The notes under the pieces: model-generated
What the model saw: only the letters and a program-made list of their open reading frames with translations
Databases searched by the model: none
What the model was told of the DNA's origin: nothing
In this document: positions 48,153 through 57,124 of the stretch, piece after piece
How positions within the stretch are numbered: the stretch's first letter is position 1
How the letters are laid out: every line of letters starts with the position of its first letter
Position numbers and translations under genes: made by a program
Source of the DNA: Alphaproteobacteria bacterium
GTDB taxonomy: Bacteria > Pseudomonadota > Alphaproteobacteria > CAAHEQ01 > UBA3637
Assembly: GCA_017559525.1 (NCBI GenBank)
Contig: JAFYRI010000004.1
Location: 11,233 to 75,232, forward strand
DNA: 64,000 nucleotides
Reading direction: 5' to 3'

Positions 48153-49178
48153 TTATTGTAAGTCCATAGGAATTAATTGTCCTTTTATACGAGACGGTTT
48201 ATTTTTTTCCGTAGCCGTTAATGAACTTATTCCTGTTCTTAAATTTAATGTAGCTTTAGTACCAATAGCTTGATTTTGTCCTTGAATTAAAACAACATTA
48301 CCAGTCATTTCAATAACACCTGTTGCTGGATTATAAATACCTTTTTCTCCTGTTATTTTTTGAGTACCATTATCGGCAATTACATTCCCTATCGCAACAA
48401 TTTCCTTAATACGTTCTTGATTTTGTTGTTTATCCTGATAATACAAAATCATTGTCTCCGCGTTTATAACAGAACCATCTTGTTTAACAACAACATCATT
48501 ACTTGCATTAATAGTTTGCTGAGTTTGATTAACAACCATTTTACCTTCACAAGTTAAATATATCGTTTTTTTTTGTGAAGTCACGTATGTATCGATATGT
48601 CCATTAAAAGTAATTACATTTCCCTTCTCTAAAATCACAAAACCTTTACTTGCATCCAAAACGCCATCTGGTCCAGACACATTAACCGGAGAACTACTTT
48701 CTAAAGAACCTTTTTTATAATCATATATTACCTGAGAAGAAATGGCTTTCCATCCATTATCTGTAATTGTATCAACTTTATCTTTAAAAAACAAATACTC
48801 TTCTTTCTGATAAGCCAATCCAAGGGATGTTGTAGACGTCAAAACTATACCATTTTCCATAGTATATGTTGCTTTTGGCATATTCAATGTAATTACCTTT
48901 TGCTCAGGATCTGTTTCTTGAACAGATGAAGCAACTAACACTAAAGGTCTATTTTTTGCATCTTTAGAAAAAAAACGCACCTCGCTCATATCTACCTGAG
49001 ATCCTTTGATAATATCTTCAGGTATCTGTCTGGCTGTAAACTTATCTTTTTGTTCACTTAAATTCGGCCATACAATCATAATACCCATAAGCAAAAAAGC
49101 AAAAATCGGCAAACTACGTTTAAAAATAAAAACGCGACGAGAATGGATTTTTATCTTTAATAATCGACGGGTAAACAT
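48153..49178 (-). CDS. lptA: LptA/OstA-family LPS transport periplasmic protein (long, membrane-anchored form)
   Basis: OstA-like beta-jellyroll repeats (GNVVLIQGQNQAIGTKATLNL); N-terminal TM anchor; position between kdsD and lptB. Confidence 0.6.
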   Translation of the reverse strand: MFTRRLLKIKIHSRRVFIFKRSLPIFAFLLMGIMIVWPNLSEQKDKFTARQIPEDIIKGSQVDMSEVRFFSKDAKNRPLVLVASSVQETDPEQKVITLNMPKATYTMENGIVLTSTTSLGLAYQKEEYLFFKDKVDTITDNGWKAISSQVIYDYKKGSLESSSPVNVSGPDGVLDASKGFVILEKGNVITFNGHIDTYVTSQKKTIYLTCEGKMVVNQTQQTINASNDVVVKQDGSVINAETMILYYQDKQQNQERIKEIVAIGNVIADNGTQKITGEKGIYNPATGVIEMTGNVVLIQGQNQAIGTKATLNLRTGISSLTATEKNKPSRIKGQLIPMDLQ

Positions 49179-49183
49179 TAATT

Positions 49184-50164
49184 CTAAGCAACTCCAGCCT
49201 TTAATAAGTGGTGAATATGTAATAAACCAACCGGACGATTTTCTCCATCAACAACAAAAATATTTGTGATTTTATTATCATTCATATAGGCAACAGCCTC
49301 AACCCCCAACATAGAACCGATCAGTGTTTTTGGATTTTTCGTCATAATATCACTAGTTCTGCGCACAATCAAATCAGCTGCCATATGACGACGCAAGTCA
49401 CCATCAGTAATTACGCCTAACAACTCTCCATTATCACCAATAACACCTAAACAACCCAAACTTTTTTCCGTCATAACAACCAAAGCATCTGCCATCATTT
49501 CTTTTGGACCAATCAATGGTAATTCGGCACCTTGTGCCATAATATCTTCCACTTTCAATAAAACATTACCAAGTTTACCACCTGGATGACGGTCTTTAAA
49601 ATCTTGCATTGTAAAACCACGCTTCTCAATAAGCGCAACGGCTAAAGCATCCCCCATGGCCAATGTTAATGTTGTAGATGTTGTCGGAGCTAATCCTAAT
49701 GGACAAGCCTCTGGTGCCGTTTGTGCATTCGGAATTAACAATACTAAATCGGCTGCCTTTGCCATCGTACTTTCTGCCTTACTGGTAATGGCAATCATCG
49801 GAATGTTATGACGACGAGAATAGGAAATGATATCTCCCATTTCACGACTCTCACCAGAATTTGAAATCGTAATCAATAAATCTTCTTTTGTTAACATCCC
49901 CAAATCGCCGTGACTAGCTTCAGATGGATGCACAAAGAAAGACGGTGTACCAGTAGATGCCAACGTAGCAGCAATCTTTTGACCAATATGACCACTTTTT
50001 CCCATACCAGAAATAATGATACGGCCTTTATTTTCCTTAACGGGCTCCATCATTTCAACAGCTTGCACAAAAGCATCACCCATTGCATCACGCATCAGAT
50101 TAAGACCTTGAATTTCAGTATCAATTACACGTTTTGCAGTTTGAATAATATCATTAGGGGTCAT
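49184..50164 (-). CDS. kdsD: Arabinose-5-phosphate isomerase (SIS + tandem CBS domains), KdsD/KpsF
   Basis: SIS motif IISGMGKSGHIGQKIAATLASTGTPSFF plus C-terminal CBS pair. Confidence 0.85.
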   Translation of the reverse strand: MTPNDIIQTAKRVIDTEIQGLNLMRDAMGDAFVQAVEMMEPVKENKGRIIISGMGKSGHIGQKIAATLASTGTPSFFVHPSEASHGDLGMLTKEDLLITISNSGESREMGDIISYSRRHNIPMIAITSKAESTMAKAADLVLLIPNAQTAPEACPLGLAPTTSTTLTLAMGDALAVALIEKRGFTMQDFKDRHPGGKLGNVLLKVEDIMAQGAELPLIGPKEMMADALVVMTEKSLGCLGVIGDNGELLGVITDGDLRRHMAADLIVRRTSDIMTKNPKTLIGSMLGVEAVAYMNDNKITNIFVVDGENRPVGLLHIHHLLKAGVA

Positions 50165-50179
50165 GAGTTTATCCTTTCA

Positions 50180-50794
50180 TTAATGGTGAGAAAAAATATC
50201 GGGCTCTTCAAAGTCCAACAAATCCAATTTGGCTCGAGTACTCAAGAAATTAAAACATTCCAAGGCCACTTCATACCGACCTTCACGCTTCAACAACTCA
50301 TCCAGTTTTTCTTTTAATTGGTGCAAATACAATACATCATTTGCAGCATATTGACATTGATCTTTCGTTAAATTTTCAGCACCCCAATCAGAACATTGTT
50401 GCTCCTTAGACACTGAAACACCCAACAAATCATAACATAAATTTTTAAGCCCATGATGTGGCACACATGTACGGCATAACTTTGAAGCGATTTTTGTACA
50501 ATAAACTGGCGCAACCATAACACCCAAATCATTGTAAATTTTTGCCACATCAAAACGTGCAAAATGAAATATTTTCAATACATTACTATCTATCAATAAT
50601 CTTTTTAAATTTGGACAATCTTGTCCTTTAATAATTTGCACTAAATGAGCATTTCCTTTTCCATCACCCAATTGCACCAAACACAATCTATCCCGTTTCA
50701 AATTTAATCCCATTGTTTCGGTATCAACCGCTACAGAACCTTGAAATTCAATATCTTGAGGCAAATCACCTTTATGTAATACAATCTTTGTCAT
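50180..50794 (-). CDS. rnd: 3'-5' exonuclease, RNase D-like (DEDDy)
   Basis: Exo I VAVDTETMGL; YAANDVLYL Exo III motif; short single-domain form (204 aa). Confidence 0.7.
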   Translation of the reverse strand: MTKIVLHKGDLPQDIEFQGSVAVDTETMGLNLKRDRLCLVQLGDGKGNAHLVQIIKGQDCPNLKRLLIDSNVLKIFHFARFDVAKIYNDLGVMVAPVYCTKIASKLCRTCVPHHGLKNLCYDLLGVSVSKEQQCSDWGAENLTKDQCQYAANDVLYLHQLKEKLDELLKREGRYEVALECFNFLSTRAKLDLLDFEEPDIFSHH

Positions 50795-51079
50795 ATAACC
50801 ATTCCTTATATAATATAGAATTGGTTATACAACCAGTTTTTTTAAATTGCAAGCAAAAAATTTCTGATTTTTAATATCCTCAACCTACTATCTCCAATAT
50901 TTCTGAAAACAAGCTTTTTTAGGATATGTATCACACATCAAACGATGATTACCACATATTCACACCATTCTATATTTTTACATCTTTTTATCTACCTCAC
51001 TTAAGCGGATTTAATTTTTCACCACTCTATATAACAGCTTATATATATTATAGTTTTATACTTTAATAAATAAAAAAGA

Positions 51080-51108
51080 TTGACGAATATTTTTATATAT
51101 GCTATACT
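51080..51108 (+). promoter_or_regulatory. Sigma70 promoter TTGACG-17-TATACT for the kinase-like hypothetical gene
   Basis: -35 at 51080-51085, 17-nt spacer, -10 at 51103-51108; TAGGAGG RBS before the ATG at 51139. Confidence 0.6.
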
Positions 51109-51138
51109 CTTTAAAATTTGTGACTTAGGAGGTTATCA

Positions 51139-52143
51139 ATGACAGATAAAAACACAAAATTGGACAATTCTTTATCTGAACTAGAAACTTTAAGAAGCTT
51201 TCCAATAGCTGATAATTTGCCAACCGCAGAAGAAATTTTATTTGCCATGAGTGAAATCCCCCTTGGCGAAGGTGAAGAAGCAAAAGTGTATAAAGTCCAT
51301 ACAAAACCGATGTATACCGTTCGTGTTAGTCACAGTACCCCTCCTCTAGTTGAATTACATCAATTATTAACAGAAAACTCCCTTCATTATCAACCAGATA
51401 TATTCAGTGGTCGTAATTTTGCACAATCTTTGGCTTGGTGGGGAAAAAATCCATATATACCAAACACACCTTTAATCACTATCAACTATTATGCTCCAGG
51501 TTTTTCATTAGAAGTACACAAAGCAGGACGCGAAAAACCCGATCCAGAAAGCGCTTTGGTACGCACAAGAGTTTTATCCGAAACCATCGCTCATATGTCT
51601 GAAAAAGCAATGGATAAACTATACGATGACTTACACTTTCTCAATTCCAGACGTTATTCCATAGATGTTGGTGCAGGTGGATATTTCCAAAATACTGGAA
51701 ATATGTTATATTCCGCCAATCACAACAGAGTATTTCCTATCGATTTACAACCATTCATTGTTACACATCCAGGCATTCCATCAGATCATACAAAAGGATT
51801 TAATATACCATTATATTTAACACATGGTTTATTACCCGGCGCTCATTGTTATGCAAAAGCACATTCTATAGATCCTGAATTAATTTCTTTACGTTCAGAA
51901 ATCATTCACCATATCATCTCCGGTGCCGAACGAAACAATTATAATGATTTGGGCGGATATTTAGGAAATACACTTTATAAGATGCCAAAATTTTGGAAAT
52001 ATAATCTGCAACAATTGCATATTCCGGAAAAACTACAAGAAGAATTTATTGGACGAGCTTGCAAAGTAACACATCACACCCGATATGAGGTATGTAATTT
52101 ACCTAAAGAATATATGCGCGTTGCTGGCCGTAGTTATGACTAA
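51139..52143 (+). CDS. Hypothetical protein with weak protein-kinase-like motifs
   Basis: Strong RBS and promoter; LGEGEEAKVYKV resembles a glycine-rich loop plus lysine; NHNRVFPIDLQP resembles a catalytic loop; no confident family assignment. Confidence 0.4.
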   Translation: MTDKNTKLDNSLSELETLRSFPIADNLPTAEEILFAMSEIPLGEGEEAKVYKVHTKPMYTVRVSHSTPPLVELHQLLTENSLHYQPDIFSGRNFAQSLAWWGKNPYIPNTPLITINYYAPGFSLEVHKAGREKPDPESALVRTRVLSETIAHMSEKAMDKLYDDLHFLNSRRYSIDVGAGGYFQNTGNMLYSANHNRVFPIDLQPFIVTHPGIPSDHTKGFNIPLYLTHGLLPGAHCYAKAHSIDPELISLRSEIIHHIISGAERNNYNDLGGYLGNTLYKMPKFWKYNLQQLHIPEKLQEEFIGRACKVTHHTRYEVCNLPKEYMRVAGRSYD

Positions 52144-52160
52144 CATATTAACATTATACA

Positions 52161-52189
52161 AAAAAGCCCCTTTCCATGGGGCTTTTTTA
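52161..52189. terminator. Bidirectional rho-independent terminator between the hypothetical gene and tRNA-Leu
   Basis: GCCCCTTTCCATGGGGC hairpin flanked by A6 and T6. Confidence 0.7.
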
Positions 52190-52192
52190 GTG

Positions 52193-52279
52193 TGGTGCCC
52201 AGAAGAGGACTCGAACCTCCACCCCTTTGACAGGACCAGCACCTGAAACTGACGCGTCTACCAATTTCGCCATCTGGGC
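52193..52279 (-). tRNA. tRNA-Leu (anticodon CAG)
   Basis: Reverse complement GCCCAGATGGCGAAATTGGTAGACGC...TTCAGGT...GGTTCGAGTCC...GGGCACCA; long variable arm. Confidence 0.85.
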
Positions 52280-52416
52280 TTAATCTCAGAAGATATAAAA
52301 AAAAATCACTTTTGTCAACAGTAAATTAAAAAAAGCATATTTTTTACAAAAAATGAAAAAAAACTCTTTTAAAATATTATAAAATGTATTAGCATACAAA
52401 AAAAAGGAGAAGAAAA

Positions 52417-53133
52417 ATGAATAAAGAAAAACAAAAAATTCGAGAAAGCCATATTGATTTATCTTGGAAAAGATATCTATTTCCGCCAATCCATCCAGAA
52501 GGCATCAAAATAGTTGTTGTTATTTTGGGTATATTTATTGCATTTGGATTTTTATTCCAATGGATTTGGTACATTGGCTTACCAACAGTAATATTTGCTT
52601 TTTATTTCTTTCGAAATCCAGAGCGTGTTACACCTGGAAATTCTCACTTTATTTATGCTCCAGCCGATGGTATCGTCACAAATATTAAAGAAATGGTGCC
52701 TCCAGAAGAATTAGATATCGGACGTGAACCATTAACTCGTATCAGTATTTTTATGAGTGTTTTTAACGTGCACGTTAATAGAATGCCAGTTAGCGGTACA
52801 ATCCATGCTTTAAACTATCGTCCTGGGAAATTATTATCGGTTGCAGATAAAGATAATGAAGAAAATGAACGACAAGAAATTTGTGTACGTATGCATAATG
52901 GTACGCGCATTGGTTTCATTCAGGTTGCAGGATTAGTTGCACGTCGTATTTATTGTCCTCTAAAAGTTGGCGATAAATTAAAAGCTGGCGAGGTGTTTGG
53001 TTTAATCAGATTTGGTAGTCGTTTGGACGTATTTTTACCAAAAGGCGTCAAACCAAATATTGAATTAGGACAAATATCTATTGCAGGGGAAACGGTTTTG
53101 GCTGACATGTCCAACATCGTTAAGAAAAAATAA
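52417..53133 (+). CDS. psd: Phosphatidylserine decarboxylase proenzyme (short PSD family)
   Basis: FGSRLD self-cleavage region near the C-terminus; 238 aa; precedes pssA. Confidence 0.8.
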   Translation: MNKEKQKIRESHIDLSWKRYLFPPIHPEGIKIVVVILGIFIAFGFLFQWIWYIGLPTVIFAFYFFRNPERVTPGNSHFIYAPADGIVTNIKEMVPPEELDIGREPLTRISIFMSVFNVHVNRMPVSGTIHALNYRPGKLLSVADKDNEENERQEICVRMHNGTRIGFIQVAGLVARRIYCPLKVGDKLKAGEVFGLIRFGSRLDVFLPKGVKPNIELGQISIAGETVLADMSNIVKKK

Positions 53134-53954
53134 TGAATAAAATACAAAGGCGTACAATGAAACAATCAGAAATTAAAATTCGTCAGGTCTTTCCAAATGC
53201 CATTACGATGACAGCACTAGGTTTTGGTGTTTCATCATTAAATATGGCATTCTGGGGACAATGGAAAATGGCCGTTTTATTTATTGCATTATCCGCCCTT
53301 TTCGACTTTTTAGATGGTGGTGTTGCAAGATTATTAGGTGCTGAATCAAAATTTGGTGCCCAATTGGATTCCTTATCCGATTTTGTCAGTTTTGGTGTTG
53401 CACCTGGCTTTTTGATGTATCAATGGACAATGGATCAAGCCGCTCGCCATGAAGCATTAATTGGCAATGCCTTTCGTTCAGAAGCGGTTGGAATATATTG
53501 GGGATTTGCCTTATTTTTAGCTATGTGTGCAGCAATGCGTTTAGCTCGTTTTAATGCTATGTTAGAAAGCAAAAATGAACAACCAAAATATTGGGAACAC
53601 TTTTTTATGGGCGTTCCAGCACCAGCTGGAGCTGGATTGGCAATTTTTCCATTGGTCTTATGGTTAGCTAGCAGTGGACAAATCGACTTTTTCCGTAGTC
53701 CGTGGTTTGTTTCTTTCTTTTTATTATTTAGTGGTTCGATGATGGCTAGCCGTATCCCAACACTATGTCTTAAACACTTAAGAATTCCAGAACATTTAAT
53801 GACTCCTTTAAGAATTGGTTTATTATTTATGTTAGCTTCTCTATTGGCTTTTCCATGGATTGCCCTTAGCATTATTGGGATTTTGTATCTAGTTTCCATT
53901 CCTTTAGGAATTCGCTATTTTTTAAAACAAAAAACTCTTTATAAGAAAGGATAG
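53133..53954 (+). CDS. pssA: CDP-diacylglycerol--serine O-phosphatidyltransferase
   Basis: CDP-alcohol phosphatidyltransferase motif DFLDGGVARLLGAESKFGAQLDSLSD. Confidence 0.85.
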   Translation: MNKIQRRTMKQSEIKIRQVFPNAITMTALGFGVSSLNMAFWGQWKMAVLFIALSALFDFLDGGVARLLGAESKFGAQLDSLSDFVSFGVAPGFLMYQWTMDQAARHEALIGNAFRSEAVGIYWGFALFLAMCAAMRLARFNAMLESKNEQPKYWEHFFMGVPAPAGAGLAIFPLVLWLASSGQIDFFRSPWFVSFFLLFSGSMMASRIPTLCLKHLRIPEHLMTPLRIGLLFMLASLLAFPWIALSIIGILYLVSIPLGIRYFLKQKTLYKKG

Positions 53955-53957
53955 AAT

Positions 53958-54452
53958 ATGAAGCAGACGGTGATTTTTTTATGTGCATTAACAATTTTTC
54001 CAAGTATTGCAATGGCACAATTAGCTGCTAATCCTTGGGCAAATCAATCTCCTCGAAATGAAACAAACGCGGTTTTAAGCGCTAATCAAAATGCCACAGA
54101 AAATTCATGGAATATCGAACAACCCAAATATGTTGGTGATAAAACAACTTGGGCTCAGCCAAAAGGACAAAAGGAAACGGCTCCAGACGTTAATATCACA
54201 AATATTCTATTAATGTCGCAACATCTTCGCAATATGGGATATCAAATTCCAGAAGGGTTAGATAATGCCATTAACACGGCGCCTGCTTGGTTAAAAAAAG
54301 AAATTTGGGCATCAATGAAACAATTACACTCTTCACCCCATCCTGTTGCTATTACATCTGTTGGATTTGCTGAAATTTTTGAAAACAGAACAGGTTTTTC
54401 AATCGAAAATTTAATTGGAAACTCTCTACGTTTGATAGATACCCGAAGATAA
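53958..54452 (+). CDS. Secreted hypothetical protein (164 aa)
   Basis: Signal peptide MKQTVIFLCALTIFPSIAMA; no recognisable domain. Confidence 0.45.
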   Translation: MKQTVIFLCALTIFPSIAMAQLAANPWANQSPRNETNAVLSANQNATENSWNIEQPKYVGDKTTWAQPKGQKETAPDVNITNILLMSQHLRNMGYQIPEGLDNAINTAPAWLKKEIWASMKQLHSSPHPVAITSVGFAEIFENRTGFSIENLIGNSLRLIDTRR

Positions 54453-54461
54453 GGAAAAAAC

Positions 54462-55028
54462 ATGCGTTTCATTATAACGTTTCTATTATTAATAGCTAGT
54501 ACTTGTGTTATGGCAGAACGCGTTAGTTTTGTTGAAGCCTCTCAAGATCTATTAAACAATGAAATTATTGCTTCACCTATTTATACAAAAAAATTATATA
54601 GACAAATGTATGAAGAGGATAAAGCTGCTTATGAGCAACGTATAAATGACTTAAATACAATGAGAAAAGATGGCAAAATTTCGGAAAAAAATTATTTACA
54701 TCAAACAGAGACTTTGATAAAAACATTTAAAAAAGCATATCCTCAAACCTTATCACAACAAGGACAAGTTATTGAACAAGATGCTGTAACAATGTGGAAT
54801 ATTGCAACATTCAGCAATCATCGTCGTCTTCTGTTTCATCTTACTCACCCTGAATATCGTCAAGTAATAAAAGATACCCTTAGTGGAGCAAATTTACCTA
54901 CATCAAATAAAAAGGAAGACAACAAAAATTCTGTAAAAACAAATACAGTCTCCTCTAAGCCAGAAATGGATGCAACACAAAAATTAGGGCGAAAATCTTT
55001 TTCTATTAATACAGATGCATTTAAATAA
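54462..55028 (+). CDS. Secreted hypothetical protein (188 aa)
   Basis: Signal peptide MRFIITFLLLIASTCVMA; no recognisable domain. Confidence 0.45.
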   Translation: MRFIITFLLLIASTCVMAERVSFVEASQDLLNNEIIASPIYTKKLYRQMYEEDKAAYEQRINDLNTMRKDGKISEKNYLHQTETLIKTFKKAYPQTLSQQGQVIEQDAVTMWNIATFSNHRRLLFHLTHPEYRQVIKDTLSGANLPTSNKKEDNKNSVKTNTVSSKPEMDATQKLGRKSFSINTDAFK

Positions 55029-55030
55029 CA

Positions 55031-55795
55031 ATGAAAAAAATTACGACCCCATCTCTTACTCACCATCCAATACCTTGTATTATTTTAGTGCGCCCTCAAA
55101 TGGCCGAAAACATTGGCATGGTTGCACGAGCGATGATGAACTGTGGGTTATATGAGCTACGCATTATCACACCTCGTGAAGATCACTTATCCCAAAAGGC
55201 CATTTCAGCAAGTTCAGGAGCGGCTGAGATTTTAGAAAAAGCCATAATTTTTAATACATTAACAGATGCTACTGCTGATTTGCATTTTACACTAGCAACA
55301 ACAGCCAGAGAACGCGGTATGACAAAAAATGTATATACACCTGTTCCCGCGATACAAACAATATCCGAAAAATTGATGCAAAATCAAAAATGTGGCATTT
55401 TGTTTGGTGCGGAACGAACTGGATTAGAAAATCATGAACTTGTTATGGCTGACGGCATAATTGAAATACCATTAAATCCCCTACACTGCTCCCTTAATTT
55501 ATCCCAAGCCGTTTTATTGATCGGTTATGAATGGTTTAAAATATCTGCAAACATTCAAAATAATGTTCGTCATGAAATGGGTGGATCTGATGCGGCAACA
55601 AAATCAGAAGTTGATGTATTTTTAAACCGTTTAGAGTTGGAGCTTGATAAACGTGGATATTTCAGATTTTTGGATAAAAAAGAACGTATGCAACGAAATC
55701 TACGGAATATTTTCACACGCAATAATTTAACAACATCCGAAATCAGAACACTATACAGTGTTATTAACAATTTAATCAGAGAGGAAAAAAAATGA
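55031..55795 (+). CDS. trmJ: SpoU/TrmH-family RNA 2'-O-methyltransferase (TrmJ-like)
   Basis: SPOUT motifs (ILVRPQMAENIGMVARAM; LFGAERTGL; PLNPLHCSLNLSQAV). Confidence 0.75.
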   Translation: MKKITTPSLTHHPIPCIILVRPQMAENIGMVARAMMNCGLYELRIITPREDHLSQKAISASSGAAEILEKAIIFNTLTDATADLHFTLATTARERGMTKNVYTPVPAIQTISEKLMQNQKCGILFGAERTGLENHELVMADGIIEIPLNPLHCSLNLSQAVLLIGYEWFKISANIQNNVRHEMGGSDAATKSEVDVFLNRLELELDKRGYFRFLDKKERMQRNLRNIFTRNNLTTSEIRTLYSVINNLIREEKK

Positions 55796-56793
55796 TTAGA
55801 ACTGCTGAATTTGTTTCTTTAGGTCATCCAGATAAAATTGCAGATTACATTACCAGTTATTTATTAGATCGTTTTATTGAACAAGATGCCTCAGTCAAAT
55901 ATGGTGTTGAAGTCATGGTTAAGGATAATACCATTGTTCTTGGTGGTGAAGTTATGGGCAACATTGATAGTCAACATGTTGAAATGCACGTTAAACAAGC
56001 TTTACGAGAGATTGGTTATGATGAACGTTATGCAGAAATTTGGGGGGAACATGCCATCAATATCAATAAAATTAATGTTATTAATTTAATTGGTATTCAA
56101 TCGGCCGAAATCAACCAAGGCGTTATGCAAAATGGTTGGGGTGATCAAGGCGTCTTTGTTGGCTATGCTTGTCAAGGTAGTGATATGATGCCAAAAGAGT
56201 TATATTTAGCCAAAAAATTAAATAAAGCTCTTTATGAATTGGCAAAGTCTTCTGACCATTTAGGATTAGATATTAAAACACAAATTACATTAGACAGTTT
56301 AGGACACATTCAAACAGCCATTGTCGCTGTACCAATGTTAAAACCACATGATTTAACAGATTTTATTATTGAAATATTGGGTGAAAAACCTGAAAAAATC
56401 ATCGTAAATGGAACAGGAACCTATACAATGCACTCATCTATTGCAGATGCTGGTATTACAGGACGCAAACTGGCTTGTGATTTTTATTCTACTGCCTGCC
56501 CCGTTGGTGGTGGTAGCCCATGGACAAAAGACGGTACGAAGGCCGACTTAACCTTAAATTTATTTGCCCGTTACTTAGCTAAACAATATTTAGAAGATAA
56601 CGATGAATGCTTCGTATATTTATCATCTTGTATTGGACGTGCCGACTTACCAAGCAGTGTCGTAAAAACAATTAAAAACGATGTTATAACTGCAAAAAGT
56701 ATTTCAGTTACACATACCCCCAAAGATTTAATTGAAATGTTTAAGCTAAACACACCAGTTTATACAAAACTTTGTAAAGAAGGCCTTATTTAA
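55792..56793 (+). CDS. metK: S-adenosylmethionine synthetase (compact form, 333 aa)
   Basis: GHPDKIAD, GDQGVFVGYA, GITGRKL, GGGSPWTKDGTKADL motifs collinear with E. coli MetK. Confidence 0.8.
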   Translation: MIRTAEFVSLGHPDKIADYITSYLLDRFIEQDASVKYGVEVMVKDNTIVLGGEVMGNIDSQHVEMHVKQALREIGYDERYAEIWGEHAININKINVINLIGIQSAEINQGVMQNGWGDQGVFVGYACQGSDMMPKELYLAKKLNKALYELAKSSDHLGLDIKTQITLDSLGHIQTAIVAVPMLKPHDLTDFIIEILGEKPEKIIVNGTGTYTMHSSIADAGITGRKLACDFYSTACPVGGGSPWTKDGTKADLTLNLFARYLAKQYLEDNDECFVYLSSCIGRADLPSSVVKTIKNDVITAKSISVTHTPKDLIEMFKLNTPVYTKLCKEGLI

Positions 56794-57124
56794 GGCCTTT
56801 TTTCAATTTACCAATATAAACATCTATTGTTCCATTGGAAACAGCCAGAACGGCATTAAAATTATCATTGGACGAAACTTTATTGCGGCGAATATGCCCA
56901 CATAAACAACATTTATGCACAATGTATTTATCTGCCCCTTTAAATTCCAAAGATGTTGCATACATTGTCCCATGACATGTTGCAGCTCTATCCCCCGGAT
57001 TAATATCAACATGCTTACTGGATAAACAATGCGGGCAATGATTTGTGTATCCATTTCCTTTTACAAATGCACCACAAACATCACAAGTAAAATCTTCCTT
57101 AGTACGCGTAAAATTCTTAACCAT
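56786..57124 (-). CDS. RNHCP-domain (Cys-rich) protein
   Basis: Multiple CxxC pairs and an RNHCP-like motif (GYTNHCPHCLSSKH). Confidence 0.5.
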   Translation of the reverse strand: MVKNFTRTKEDFTCDVCGAFVKGNGYTNHCPHCLSSKHVDINPGDRAATCHGTMYATSLEFKGADKYIVHKCCLCGHIRRNKVSSNDNFNAVLAVSNGTIDVYIGKLKKGLK

